The position numbers were made by a program, and so were the translations under genes. A stretch of DNA of 64,000 nt. It comes from Minisyncoccota bacterium (lineage in GTDB: Bacteria; Patescibacteriota; Minisyncoccia; Phycocordibacterales; JABMNX01). The notes under the pieces were generated by a model, which was not told the origin of the DNA, did not search any database, and worked only from the letters and a program-made list of their open reading frames with translations. Below are positions 45,743-55,430 of this stretch, piece after piece; the first letter of the stretch is position 1; every line of letters starts with the position of its first letter. The stretch spans positions 5,964-69,963 of the forward strand of contig JAPHQU010000002.1 in the NCBI GenBank assembly GCA_026195275.1, given 5' to 3'.

Positions 45743-46422
45743 GTGAACGCGCGATTGAGGTCATCCCGGCAATCATGCCAGAGAGCGTTGCTGACCTTAC
45801 GGAGAAGGTGCGCAAGATAGTGGGTTTAGTGAGAACCGTCCAGATCGATATCATGGACGGTGTTTTCGTTCCTGAGAAGACGTGGCCGTATATTGACGAT
45901 GAAACACGTCCCGAAGAACTTCCATATTGGGATGAGGTAGCATACGAGGTTGATCTTATGGTCAAAGAGCCGGAGGAGATCATTGACACGTGGCTTGGAT
46001 TTGAGGTTGCGCGAATTATTATTCATATTGAGAGCACAGAGAAGTTGCAGAGTATTATGCGGCATATAGAAGCGTATGACGAGCGTACGCTCGTCACCTC
46101 ACCGACTGAGATAGGGATCTCGCTTAATGTAGAAACACCGAATGACGCTATTGCACCGTATGAGTATGATGTCGATTTCGTCCAGTGTATGGGTATCGCG
46201 AGGATCGGATACCAGGGAGAGCCTTTTGATGAGCGTGTGATTGAGAAGATCCGTGATTTGCGACGTAAGTACCCGCACCTTATAATAAGTGTTGACGGGG
46301 GTGTCTCACTTGAGAGCGCACCGAAACTTATTGAAGCGGGGGCAGAGCGGCTCGTTTCCGGCTCATCGGTGTTTGAGAGCCCCGACATACAAGCGACCAT
46401 AGAAAAGCTTAAGCAGAAATAA
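45739..46422 (+). CDS. rpe: ribulose-phosphate 3-epimerase
   Basis: IMPESVADL..VQIDIMDGVFVP, ISVDGGVSL. Confidence 0.85.
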   Translation: MSERAIEVIPAIMPESVADLTEKVRKIVGLVRTVQIDIMDGVFVPEKTWPYIDDETRPEELPYWDEVAYEVDLMVKEPEEIIDTWLGFEVARIIIHIESTEKLQSIMRHIEAYDERTLVTSPTEIGISLNVETPNDAIAPYEYDVDFVQCMGIARIGYQGEPFDERVIEKIRDLRRKYPHLIISVDGGVSLESAPKLIEAGAERLVSGSSVFESPDIQATIEKLKQK

Positions 46423-46431
46423 TCAGAGACC

Positions 46432-47292
46432 ATGACAAGCATTCGAGACACACGAGTACAAGAACTTGAAATTCGGGCGAATCAGATTCGGCAGACAACC
46501 ATTGAGATGTTGGTAGCGGCCGGCTCAGGGCACACCGCAGGCCCCTTGGGCATGGCGGATATCTTTACTGCATTTTATTTTCATATTCTTAACCACAAAC
46601 CGAGCGATCCTCTGTGGGAAGAGCGTGATCGACTCGTCCTCTCAAATGGACACATCACTCCGGTACGCTACGCGGCGATGGCGCACGCGGGGTATTTCTC
46701 GATTGATGAAGTGATGACACTACGCAAGTTCGGTTCATCTATGCAGGGACACCCAGAGCGCACACGCCTTCCGGAGCTTGAAACTACTTCGGGGCCACTC
46801 GGCTCAGGGCTTGGCGAGGCGGCGGGTATCGCGTATGGCGCGCGTATGGACGGTAGAAAATTCCGCGTGTATTGCCTTATGTCAGACGGCGAGCACCAGG
46901 CGGGAAATCTGTGGGAGTCAATCATGTTTGCGGGGAAAAACAAACTCGCAAACCTCACTGGTGTGATTGACCGTAATAATATTCAGATCAATGGGGCAAC
47001 CGAGGATGTGATGCCACTTGAGCCGCTTCGTGAAAAATATGAGGCATTCGGTTGGCACGTTATAGAGGTCGATGGACACAATATTGAAGCGTTTGTGGAT
47101 GTGATTGAAGAGGCAAAAGCAATCCAAGAGAAACCGACTGTTATTATTGCGAACACGATTGCCGGCAAGGGAGTCTCTTCAATCGAGGGTGATTACATGT
47201 GGCATGGCAAGCCGCCGACCCCTGAAGAGGGAGAACAATTTTTAGCAGAGCTTCGTAAGTGTGGTGATGAACTCGCAGGTAACGCAGCATAA
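46432..47292 (+). CDS. tkt: transketolase, N-terminal (TPP-binding) subunit
   Basis: GSGHTAGPLGMADI, split-transketolase architecture with next gene. Confidence 0.85.
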   Translation: MTSIRDTRVQELEIRANQIRQTTIEMLVAAGSGHTAGPLGMADIFTAFYFHILNHKPSDPLWEERDRLVLSNGHITPVRYAAMAHAGYFSIDEVMTLRKFGSSMQGHPERTRLPELETTSGPLGSGLGEAAGIAYGARMDGRKFRVYCLMSDGEHQAGNLWESIMFAGKNKLANLTGVIDRNNIQINGATEDVMPLEPLREKYEAFGWHVIEVDGHNIEAFVDVIEEAKAIQEKPTVIIANTIAGKGVSSIEGDYMWHGKPPTPEEGEQFLAELRKCGDELAGNAA

Positions 47293-47298
47293 AGGGAT

Positions 47299-48294
47299 AT
47301 GATCAATAAAAACGCACATCTGGTAGAAAATATTTTCGATCTTGAGTCGCTTGAGCAGGGTTCAACGCGCGATGGATACGGCAAAGGAGTTGTTGAAGCT
47401 GGTGAGCAAGATGAGCGCGTCATGGTGCTGTGTGCTGACCTTGCTGAATCAACACGTTCGCACTGGTTTCAGGAAAAGTTCCCGGAGCGCTATGTTGAGA
47501 TGGGAGTCGCTGAGCAGAACCTCGCAACGATTGCCTCGGGTCTTGCAAACTATGGAAAGATACCGTTCATTGCGAGTTACGCCGCATTCTCTCCCGGCCG
47601 TAACAACGAGCAGATCCGTACCACAATCTCGCTGAGTGAGCTTCCGGTAAAGGTGTGTGGTATGCACGCAGGTGTCTCGGTAGGGCCGGACGGCGCAACA
47701 CACCAGATGCTCGAGGACATAGCGCTTATGCGCGCACAACCAAACATGACTGTTGTATATCCGTGTGACGTTGAGGAGGCGCGTAAGGCAACACTTGCCG
47801 CAGCACAAACAAACACGCCAATCTACCTGCGCTTTGCACGCTCAAACACGCCAATATTTACCACCAAAGATACGCCGTTTGAGATTGGTAAGAGCTACGA
47901 ACTCTGGCGCTCTGATAAACCACAGGTTGCTATTGTTGCGACCGGTGCACTTACTCACAAAGCACTTCTTGCCGCACATGAGTTGGATGCTGAAGGTGTG
48001 CAAACAGTAGTGCTTAACCTGCACACGATCAAGCCGCTGGATAAAGATGCACTTCTTGCAATCGCGAAAGAGTGTGGTGCTCTGGTGACCGTGGAGGAGC
48101 ATCAGGTTGCGTGTGGTATGGGAAGCGCTGTGGCAGAATTTCTTGCACAGAATCACCCGACCCCGATCGAGTTCATTGGAGTTCATGACCAATTTGGACA
48201 ATCAGGAGAACCTGACGAGCTTGTTGAGTATTACGGTATGGGGGTTGAATCGATCAAAGAAGCAGCGAAGAGGGTATTTGATAGAAAAAGTTAA
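47299..48294 (+). CDS. tkt: transketolase, C-terminal (pyrimidine-binding) subunit
   Basis: MGVAEQNL, GMHAGVSVGPDGATHQ. Confidence 0.85.
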   Translation: MINKNAHLVENIFDLESLEQGSTRDGYGKGVVEAGEQDERVMVLCADLAESTRSHWFQEKFPERYVEMGVAEQNLATIASGLANYGKIPFIASYAAFSPGRNNEQIRTTISLSELPVKVCGMHAGVSVGPDGATHQMLEDIALMRAQPNMTVVYPCDVEEARKATLAAAQTNTPIYLRFARSNTPIFTTKDTPFEIGKSYELWRSDKPQVAIVATGALTHKALLAAHELDAEGVQTVVLNLHTIKPLDKDALLAIAKECGALVTVEEHQVACGMGSAVAEFLAQNHPTPIEFIGVHDQFGQSGEPDELVEYYGMGVESIKEAAKRVFDRKS

Positions 48295-48303
48295 GGTGGT
48301 TTT

Positions 48304-49413
48304 ATGAAAAGTGAAGAGAAAGGGAAGGAGCTGCTTGCGCATGCGGGCATTGAGGTGGGTGGCAATAAGCCGTGGGACATTCAGGTTAAAGACCCTCGGT
48401 TCTTTCGTCGTGTGCTCGCTGAGGGGCCGCTCGCGCTTGGCGAGAGCTACATGGACGGTTGGTGGGATGCTGAGTCACTTGATATGTTCTTTGATAAGGT
48501 GCTCTCCGCTGAACTTGAGAAAAAGATCATTACACCATCCCTAATGCTACACATATTGCGCGCCAAGTTTGTGAACTTACAGAGTCCGAAACGCGCCTTT
48601 AAGGTGGGGGAGGAGCATTACGACGTTGGGAATGATTTATATCGACGCATGCTTGATTCACGCATGGTCTATACGTGTGGATACTGGAGAGATGCGAACA
48701 CCCTTGATGAAGCGCAGGAAGCAAAGCTTGACCTTGTGTGTCGTAAATTAGGCCTTATGAAAGGGCAGCGTATTTTGGATATTGGTTGTGGATGGGGAAG
48801 TTTTGCGAAGTTTGCCGCCGAGCGTTACGGTGTCGAGGTGGTCGGGATCACTATCTCTAAAGAACAGAAGAACCTTGCTGAGGAGAGTGTGAAGGGTCTC
48901 CCGGTCGAGATCCGGCTTCAGGATTACCGAGAGATGAATGAGCAATTTGACCACATTGTTTCGATCGGTATGTTTGAACACGTAGGGCGTAAGAATTATC
49001 GCGAGTACATGGAGGTTGCACACCGAAACCTTAAAGATGGTGGCATGTTCTTGCTCCACACTATCGGCGGGAACAGGTCGGCGCACACAACCGATCCATG
49101 GATCGAGAAGTATATCTTTCCTGGTGGCATGTTGCCGTCCATTACGCAGATCGGGGAGTCGATTGAGGGACTTTTTGTTATGGAAGATTGGCATAATTTT
49201 GGTACAGATTATGACACAACTCTCATGCATTGGTTCAAAAATTTTGACGCGCATTGGAGTGATATTAAAGACCACTATGGCGAACGTTTTTATCGTATGT
49301 GGAAATATTACCTTATGATGTCAGCCGGATCGTTTCGTTCGCGCAAGAACCAGCTTTGGCAGATCACGCTCTCCAAAGGAGGAGTTCGTGGTGGGTATCA
49401 GTCGGTACGCTAA
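48304..49413 (+). CDS. cfa: cyclopropane-fatty-acyl-phospholipid synthase family methyltransferase
   Basis: LDIGCGWGSFAKFAAERYG, YRMWKYYLMMSAGSFRSRKNQLWQ. Confidence 0.8.
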   Translation: MKSEEKGKELLAHAGIEVGGNKPWDIQVKDPRFFRRVLAEGPLALGESYMDGWWDAESLDMFFDKVLSAELEKKIITPSLMLHILRAKFVNLQSPKRAFKVGEEHYDVGNDLYRRMLDSRMVYTCGYWRDANTLDEAQEAKLDLVCRKLGLMKGQRILDIGCGWGSFAKFAAERYGVEVVGITISKEQKNLAEESVKGLPVEIRLQDYREMNEQFDHIVSIGMFEHVGRKNYREYMEVAHRNLKDGGMFLLHTIGGNRSAHTTDPWIEKYIFPGGMLPSITQIGESIEGLFVMEDWHNFGTDYDTTLMHWFKNFDAHWSDIKDHYGERFYRMWKYYLMMSAGSFRSRKNQLWQITLSKGGVRGGYQSVR

Positions 49414-49442
49414 CGAGGAGGAAGAATTAAACAGGAAACATT

Positions 49443-49490
49443 AAACGCCAACCTCTGGTTGGCGTTTAATACGGCTCTACAGAGCCGTAT
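49443..49490. terminator. two adjacent hairpins between convergent cfa and pfkB genes (bidirectional terminator region)
   Basis: aaacgccaacc-tctg-ggttggcgttt and atacggctct-ac-agagccgtat read directly. Confidence 0.6.
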
Positions 49491-50491
49491 TAGAGCTTAG
49501 TGACCACATAATCAACCGGTGCATTGGCGAGGTGGCGCTCAATCTCATCTCGTGAGAGGAGCCCCGCCTGCGCGCCGATCTGCTGGACGACTGACATGGA
49601 GTTGATTGGACCGCGCGCGAGCGCCTCAGGGAGCGACATCCCCGCAGCAAGCATCGCAGTGACCGTTGAAGAGAATGAGTCACCAGCGCCGGTGCGGTCA
49701 ACCGGCGGGGCCGGGTCAGGGTACATTGGCATCTTCCAGCTCTCCGTGCCATCAGAAGCAAACGCTCCTTTAGGACCGTCAGTGACAACGGCGATCTTTG
49801 GGCCAAGTGTGCGAATACCTTCGAGGAGCTCCTCTATATCTTCAGAATCCGTCTGAAGTATCTTTTGTGCTTCTTGTTTGTTGCAGAAGAAGAGCGCAGA
49901 TACTTCGTAGATGTCCTTGAGTGTATCGGCACCGAGCTTAATCTGGAAAGTGCCTGGCTGGAAGGCGAGATTCACTTCGGGGTGGTCTTTCACATACTTT
50001 GCGATCTCATGATGGTAGGGGATAGAGTTTTCACCGAGCGAGGAGAGGTAGATCCATCGTGGTGGAGTCTTGAACTCAGGGAGTTTGTATTGATACTCAT
50101 GGTGCTTTACCAGGATCGTACGTTCTGCATCGTACAGAAGAACATAGTGGTAGTTTGATTCCACACCTTTCTCGACGGTTATAAATTCATCGCTCACCCC
50201 TTCTTTTTTGAGTTGTGCGAGCATCTCCTCGCCATTTCTGTCATCTCCGAGAGAGGTGATGAGAGCAGAGCGGAGACCGAGTCTATGCGCGCTGACGGCT
50301 GCATTTGGGGAGTTTCCAACGGCGGGCACTATTGTTGCTGATTCGTACGGGATCTTTGAACCAAAGTCCATACAGAGCTGACACGCATCTTCATCTATTG
50401 TGCAATTCACGCGCGCGTCCTCTAGGCGTATAAAGGCGTCGGTGGTGATGTCTCCAAGACCGACGAAGTCGAGTTGCTCAGTATTTTCCAT
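49490..50491 (-). CDS. PfkB-family carbohydrate kinase (ribokinase-like)
   Basis: N-term GLGDITTD, C-term DRTGAGDSF (anion hole/ATP motif); start taken at Met7 of track ORF. Confidence 0.75.
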   Translation of the reverse strand: MENTEQLDFVGLGDITTDAFIRLEDARVNCTIDEDACQLCMDFGSKIPYESATIVPAVGNSPNAAVSAHRLGLRSALITSLGDDRNGEEMLAQLKKEGVSDEFITVEKGVESNYHYVLLYDAERTILVKHHEYQYKLPEFKTPPRWIYLSSLGENSIPYHHEIAKYVKDHPEVNLAFQPGTFQIKLGADTLKDIYEVSALFFCNKQEAQKILQTDSEDIEELLEGIRTLGPKIAVVTDGPKGAFASDGTESWKMPMYPDPAPPVDRTGAGDSFSSTVTAMLAAGMSLPEALARGPINSMSVVQQIGAQAGLLSRDEIERHLANAPVDYVVTKL

Positions 50492-50542
50492 ATGCACACA
50501 TAGTATCATACGCGACTTCCCCTGTGTGGTACCATGGTGTGT

Positions 50543-51406
50543 ATGAAAACACTACGAGAGTGCATAGCAGACGCTGAGACGAAGAAGGTCGCTCTCGGGC
50601 ATTTCAACGTTTCTGACACCGAACAACTCCACGCAATCGTCAGGGCAGCGCGTGAGCTCGATGTGCCGGTCATTATTGGGACATCTGAGGGCGAGCGTGA
50701 TTTTGTTGGGGTGCGCCAGGCGGCAGTACTTGTTAAGAGTATGCGGGAAGAATTTGACCACCCTATTTTTCTCAATGCTGACCACACCTACTCATTTGAA
50801 CGATGTAAGGAAGCGATCGACGCGGGGTATGACGCGGTCATATTTGACGGGGTGAAGCTCTCTCTTGAGGAGAATATTGCTGAGACCAGGAGGGTGGTCG
50901 AATACGCGCGAAGCGTGAACCCTGAGATAATAGTCGAGGGTGAGATCGGTTATATCGGCACTTCGTCAAAGATGCTCGACGAGCTCCCCGAGGGAGTTGA
51001 TCCGGAGGGCGCGGTGACAACAGAAGAAGAGATCGGGCGATACGTTGCAGAGACAGGGGTTGATCTTGTGGCACCGGCTGTTGGCAATCTTCACGGTATG
51101 CTCAAGAGCGGGAAAAATCCGGAACTCAACATCGAGCAGATCACAAAGCTGCACGAAGCGGGTGGTGTACCGTTGGTGCTTCATGGTGGCTCAGGTATCT
51201 CGGACGAAGACTTTGTCGCGGCAATCGAAGCGGGTATCTCGACCGTACACATCAACACTGAGATCCGCGTTGCATATCGAAAGGGAATCGAGGCGGGCCT
51301 TAAAGAAAATCCTGGTGAGATCGCGCCATATCGCTTTATGAAGCAGGGTGTTGAAGGTGTTCGAGAGGTGGTTGAGCAACGCCTCAAACTCTTTAACCGA
51401 ATGTAG
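50543..51406 (+). CDS. fba: class II fructose-bisphosphate aldolase (FbaA/tagatose-bisphosphate aldolase family)
   Basis: ALGHFNVSD, LNADHT, VLHGGSGISDE zinc/ substrate motifs. Confidence 0.85.
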   Translation: MKTLRECIADAETKKVALGHFNVSDTEQLHAIVRAARELDVPVIIGTSEGERDFVGVRQAAVLVKSMREEFDHPIFLNADHTYSFERCKEAIDAGYDAVIFDGVKLSLEENIAETRRVVEYARSVNPEIIVEGEIGYIGTSSKMLDELPEGVDPEGAVTTEEEIGRYVAETGVDLVAPAVGNLHGMLKSGKNPELNIEQITKLHEAGGVPLVLHGGSGISDEDFVAAIEAGISTVHINTEIRVAYRKGIEAGLKENPGEIAPYRFMKQGVEGVREVVEQRLKLFNRM

Positions 51407-51493
51407 GTTCCTTCCGCAACAATGCAGTGTTTCCAATAACACAGCATCACCACTTCACTTTCCACCCGCACTTTCCACCCTCATTCCCTCATT

Positions 51494-51675
51494 CATACGA
51501 TATATCGTATGACCCCACCTTCACTCCACCCCCACTCCCTCATTCATACGATATATCGTATGACCCCATCTTCACTCCACCCCCACTTCTTCATTCATAC
51601 GATATATCGTATGAGAATTGTTATACACATTACGCATTGATTGCCCACTGAAGATTTCATACGATATATCGTATA
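51494..51675. repeat. array of four copies (~54-bp spacing) of perfect 18-bp palindrome CATACGATATATCGTATG with C-rich spacers, immediately upstream of trpR-like gene
   Basis: copies at 51494-51511, 51545-51562, 51596-51613, 51658-51675 (last 17/18); spacers are near-identical (not CRISPR-like). Confidence 0.85.
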
Positions 51676-51683
51676 CTTTGTGT

Positions 51684-52085
51684 ATGCCGCATGTGTCAAA
51701 GAAAGACATCGACGAGCGCATCACACAAAAGCTCGATCAACATTTTACACACCTGCTTCGCAATAGCGGGTCACGTACTCGTGTCGATATATTCAACGAA
51801 CTCTTAACGGAGACCGAACGCACCATGCTTGCAAAGCGTCTCGGGATGCTCTTGTTGATACGAAAAGGGTATTCCTCATACAAAATATCGCAGGTGCTTG
51901 GCGTGAGCCCTTCAACAGCAGAGCGATTCTCACTTTTAGAAGAAATTGGCAAGTATAAGCACACATCCAATTGGATGTGGAAGCAGAGTAGAGAAGGGTC
52001 TCTTGAAGCGCTTTTTGAATCTCTCGTCAATCTCACGTTTACTGGACGCACACGCTCGTTCAAGAAGTCTGTTGATGAATACTGA
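51684..52085 (+). CDS. TrpR-like YerC/YecD-family HTH transcriptional regulator
   Basis: LLTETERTMLAKRLGMLLLIRKGYSSYKISQVLGVSPSTAERFS matches the family pattern; track ORF 51618 start lies in repeats. Confidence 0.6.
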   Translation: MPHVSKKDIDERITQKLDQHFTHLLRNSGSRTRVDIFNELLTETERTMLAKRLGMLLLIRKGYSSYKISQVLGVSPSTAERFSLLEEIGKYKHTSNWMWKQSREGSLEALFESLVNLTFTGRTRSFKKSVDEY

Positions 52086-52156
52086 CTTCAGTTTATTCAC
52101 AGAAGAGACCAGTGCTCTACAACATAGAAGCATAAAGCATCACAGAGCTCGTTTTT

Positions 52157-52182
52157 CATTCATACGATATATCGTATGAATG
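52157..52182. repeat. 26-bp perfect palindrome CATTCATACGATATATCGTATGAATG (fifth local copy) downstream of trpR-like gene
   Basis: read directly. Confidence 0.85.
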
Positions 52183-52266
52183 GTATGTGATTCACAAGTG
52201 TGCTGTGGGGTTGGTTATTGTATGAATGGTATGTGATTTACAAGTGTGCCGTATGGTTGGTAAGAT
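52175..52266. repeat. tandem direct repeat, 2 x 46 bp (tatgaatggtatgtgatt[c/t]acaagtgtgc...)
   Basis: two adjacent near-identical units just upstream of the dehydrogenase gene. Confidence 0.8.
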
Positions 52267-52280
52267 AAATAATAATAACA

Positions 52281-53252
52281 ATGACAATGAAGGTATTTGT
52301 AACAAGAAGGATTCCTGAAGCGGGTATTACACTTCTCAGAGAGGCAGGGTATGAGGTTTTGGTAAGCGAGAAAGACGGTGTCTTGACCCGTAATGAGCTC
52401 ATTGCAGCGCTCAAGGCAGACGAGTATGACGCAGTGCTTTCGCTCCTCACCGACACGATCGACGCTGAGGTCTTTGATGCAGCACCCGGGGTGAAGATCT
52501 TTGCGAACTACGCGGTTGGCTACAACAACATCGACCTCGACGAGGCAAAAAAACGCGACATTACGGTCACCAACACCCCCGGCGTACTCTCTGACACAGT
52601 TGCCGAGCACACAATCGCACTCATGCTCTCGATCACCTCGCGTATTGCTGAGGGAGACCGGTTCGTGCGTGCCGGCAAGTATGACAGCTGGGCACCAATG
52701 CTGCTCCTCGGGACAGACCTTAAAGGCAAAACGCTTGGTGTTATGGGTGCGGGGCGTATTGGCACGCGCGTTGCACACTTTGCGTCACGCGGACTTGATA
52801 TGAATGTTATCTACTACGATATCAAACGAAATGAAAATATTGAGAAGGAGTATGGTGCGGTATTCAAAGAAACGCCTGAGGAGCTTCTCAAAGAAGCGGA
52901 CGTGGTCACGGTGCATGTGCCCCTTCTTGAGTCGACCGAGCACCTTATAAACAAGGAGCGTCTCGATATGATGAAGCGAAGTGCGTACCTGGTAAACTCC
53001 TCACGCGGACCGGTTATTGATGAGAGTGCGCTCGTTGAGGCACTTAAAGGCGGAGTTATCAAAGGAGCGGCACTTGATGTGTTTGAGAATGAGCCCACGC
53101 TTGCGCCTGGCTTGGCAGAGCTTGAGAATGTGGTCCTCACACCACATATTGCCTCGGCTACCGAGGAGACCCGCGGTGCAATGTCTGAGATGGCTGCGCG
53201 GAGCATTATTGACTTTCTTTCAGGGAAGACCCCGGAGCATATTGTTGTGTAA
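52281..53252 (+). CDS. D-isomer-specific 2-hydroxyacid dehydrogenase (glyoxylate/hydroxypyruvate reductase-like)
   Basis: GVMGAGRIGTRVA NAD motif, catalytic R/E/H arrangement. Confidence 0.8.
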   Translation: MTMKVFVTRRIPEAGITLLREAGYEVLVSEKDGVLTRNELIAALKADEYDAVLSLLTDTIDAEVFDAAPGVKIFANYAVGYNNIDLDEAKKRDITVTNTPGVLSDTVAEHTIALMLSITSRIAEGDRFVRAGKYDSWAPMLLLGTDLKGKTLGVMGAGRIGTRVAHFASRGLDMNVIYYDIKRNENIEKEYGAVFKETPEELLKEADVVTVHVPLLESTEHLINKERLDMMKRSAYLVNSSRGPVIDESALVEALKGGVIKGAALDVFENEPTLAPGLAELENVVLTPHIASATEETRGAMSEMAARSIIDFLSGKTPEHIVV

Positions 53253-53301
53253 GTGCCTTCAGCGCTTGATTTTCTATACAGAATCCGTATACTAGAGCCT
53301 C

Positions 53302-53943
53302 ATGACAGAGACACTACAAGTCCGAGTGCGAGAGGGGAAGAAAAGCCTCAAAGAACTCCGTGGCGGCAAGGAAATGCCCGCGGTCTTTTATGGTCCCAAG
53401 GAGGAGGCAACACCGATTGCACTTGAGGTGGATGCGTTCAAGAAACTTTGGAAAGAAGCAGGAGAATCAACCGTCATTGAACTGAAAGGTGATGGAATTG
53501 ATAAAGAGGTGCTCATTCAGGACGTTGATTTTCATCCGGTAACTGGTGAGCCACGCCACGCAGATTTTTATGTAATGGAGAAGGGTAAGAAAGTGACAGT
53601 GAAGGTGCCGATCGAGTTCGTTGGTGTTGCACCAGCAGTGAAGGAGCTCGGTGGTATTTTGGTGAAGGTGCTTCATGAGATCGAGATTGAGGTTATGCCA
53701 AAAGACCTTCCGCAGCATATCGAGGTTGATGTTGAGGTACTCAAAGACTTTGAGAGTCATATTCTTGCAAAGGACGTTGCTATACCCGAGAGCGCAACGC
53801 TTATAACCAACGAAGAGGAGGCTGTTGCTCTGGTGAACGAGGCGAAGGAGGAGAAAGAAGAGGAAACTTCCGAGGCATCTATTGAAGATATTGAGGTGGA
53901 GCGGAAAGGAAAGAAAGAAGAGGAAGAAACACCTACTGAATAA
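53302..53943 (+). CDS. rplY: 50S ribosomal protein L25 / general stress protein Ctc
   Basis: L25 N-domain plus Ctc C-domain and acidic tail. Confidence 0.8.
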   Translation: MTETLQVRVREGKKSLKELRGGKEMPAVFYGPKEEATPIALEVDAFKKLWKEAGESTVIELKGDGIDKEVLIQDVDFHPVTGEPRHADFYVMEKGKKVTVKVPIEFVGVAPAVKELGGILVKVLHEIEIEVMPKDLPQHIEVDVEVLKDFESHILAKDVAIPESATLITNEEEAVALVNEAKEEKEEETSEASIEDIEVERKGKKEEEETPTE

Positions 53944-54011
53944 TCATATATCTCCACGCATCCCCGACGCGCACCTTACTCCACTGTGCGCGTTTTGCTA
54001 TACTAAAGTCA

Positions 54012-55391
54012 ATGAGAGTCACATCACTGCGGTTTGCATTCATACTCCTTGTGGCATTGATGAGCACATTGGTGTTTGTCGGTGTTACCACCGTGCTCCC
54101 ACTTTTTGCGCAGACTGCTGATGAACAGGTTGCCGCGCGGCGCGCACAACTCGAAGCGGAGCTTGCCGGTATTGAAAAAGAGATCGCCGACCAACAAGTA
54201 CTCCTTGATGATAAGAGGCAAGAGCGTACTTCTCTTGAGCGTGATGTCGCAATTCTTGATGCACAGATACAAAAGGCTCGACTCTCAATACGGGCGCGCG
54301 ATCTTGAGATTAAGCGGATCACACAGGATATCTATGGGAAAGAAGAGACTATCGGAGGTCTCAATAAAAAGCTTGAGCGCCAGAAAGAGTCGCTCGCGCA
54401 GCTCTTAAGAAAGACAAACGAGATTGATGACTATTCTCTTGCTGAAGTGGTGCTGGGGAACGGGAACGTCTCGGATTTCTTTGAGGACATCGACAACTTT
54501 GAGTCAATCAAGGCGGGGCTCAGTGTCTCATTTGACGAGATTGCGCTGACAAAAGAAGATACCCAGGCGCAGAAGGAAATACTTATTGATCGGCGCGCTT
54601 CTGAAGAAGAGCTTCGCAAGATTCAGGTATTTGAGAAGCAGAAGATAGAGATGCGCGAAGCCGAACGTCAGAGAATCCTCGATATCACCAAGGGTGAAGA
54701 GGCGGCATACCAACAACTGATCACCAGTAAACGCCGGACTGCGGGTGAGATTCGAGCTGAACTCTTTACACTTCGAGGTAGCGCGCCAATCCCGTTTGCT
54801 GAGGCGTACCAATATGCACTCGAGGCTTCAAACATCACCGGTGTGCGACCGGCACTGATACTCGGCATCTTGGCGCAAGAGACGAATCTTGGCGAGAATG
54901 TAGGGCAGTGTCTCTTGACCAACGACCCCAACAAAGGAGACGGCAAAGGGGTTAACACCGGTCGGTACTTTAAGCACGTTATGCATCCAAGTCGCGACGT
55001 AGATCCTTTCTTTGCAATCACCGGTGAGTTGGGTATCAATCCTTACGGGCAGGTGGTCTCGTGTCCACCATCGTATGGGTACGGTGGTGCTATGGGGCCG
55101 GCACAGTTTATTCCATCGACGTGGAATCTCTATAAGAAACGCATTGCACGCGCAAGTGGTGAAAACCCAGCCAACCCATGGAATCCACGGACTGCGTTCA
55201 TAGCCTCAGCGCTTTTGATGAGCGACAATGGCGCGGACAAAGGGACGTACGCCGCTGAGCGCCTTGCTGCACTTCGCTACTTCGCCGGCTGGACAAATGC
55301 CAAGAACCCGCGATATGGCTTTTACGGAGATGGGGTGATGGAGCTTGCGCAGAAGTATCAAGGACTGATCGATGTGCTCGAGAGTTCGTAG
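54012..55391 (+). CDS. secreted coiled-coil protein with C-terminal lytic murein transglycosylase (MltB/Slt family 3-like) domain
   Basis: signal/TM, ~250-aa coiled coil, then GAMGPAQFIPSTW motif. Confidence 0.65.
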   Translation: MRVTSLRFAFILLVALMSTLVFVGVTTVLPLFAQTADEQVAARRAQLEAELAGIEKEIADQQVLLDDKRQERTSLERDVAILDAQIQKARLSIRARDLEIKRITQDIYGKEETIGGLNKKLERQKESLAQLLRKTNEIDDYSLAEVVLGNGNVSDFFEDIDNFESIKAGLSVSFDEIALTKEDTQAQKEILIDRRASEEELRKIQVFEKQKIEMREAERQRILDITKGEEAAYQQLITSKRRTAGEIRAELFTLRGSAPIPFAEAYQYALEASNITGVRPALILGILAQETNLGENVGQCLLTNDPNKGDGKGVNTGRYFKHVMHPSRDVDPFFAITGELGINPYGQVVSCPPSYGYGGAMGPAQFIPSTWNLYKKRIARASGENPANPWNPRTAFIASALLMSDNGADKGTYAAERLAALRYFAGWTNAKNPRYGFYGDGVMELAQKYQGLIDVLESS

Positions 55392-55400
55392 TAGAAAAAT

Positions 55401-55425
55401 AACACCCCGCGCAATGCGCGGGGTG
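55401..55425. terminator. bidirectional terminator hairpin (acaccccgcgc-aat-gcgcggggtgt)
   Basis: 11-bp stem; A-run upstream/T-run on minus strand side. Confidence 0.6.
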
Positions 55426-55430
55426 TTGCC

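Noticed and set aside
51427-51651. 74-aa ORF (MFPITQHHHF...SYDISYDP...) across the palindrome array
   Set aside because: Its periodic protein sequence simply mirrors the DNA tandem repeats and it has no start context, so it is an artefact of the repeat; the region is noncoding operator/repeat DNA.
51494-51675. CRISPR array interpretation of the repeated palindrome
   Set aside because: The 'spacers' between repeats are nearly identical to each other, repeats are too few and no cas genes or leader are present.
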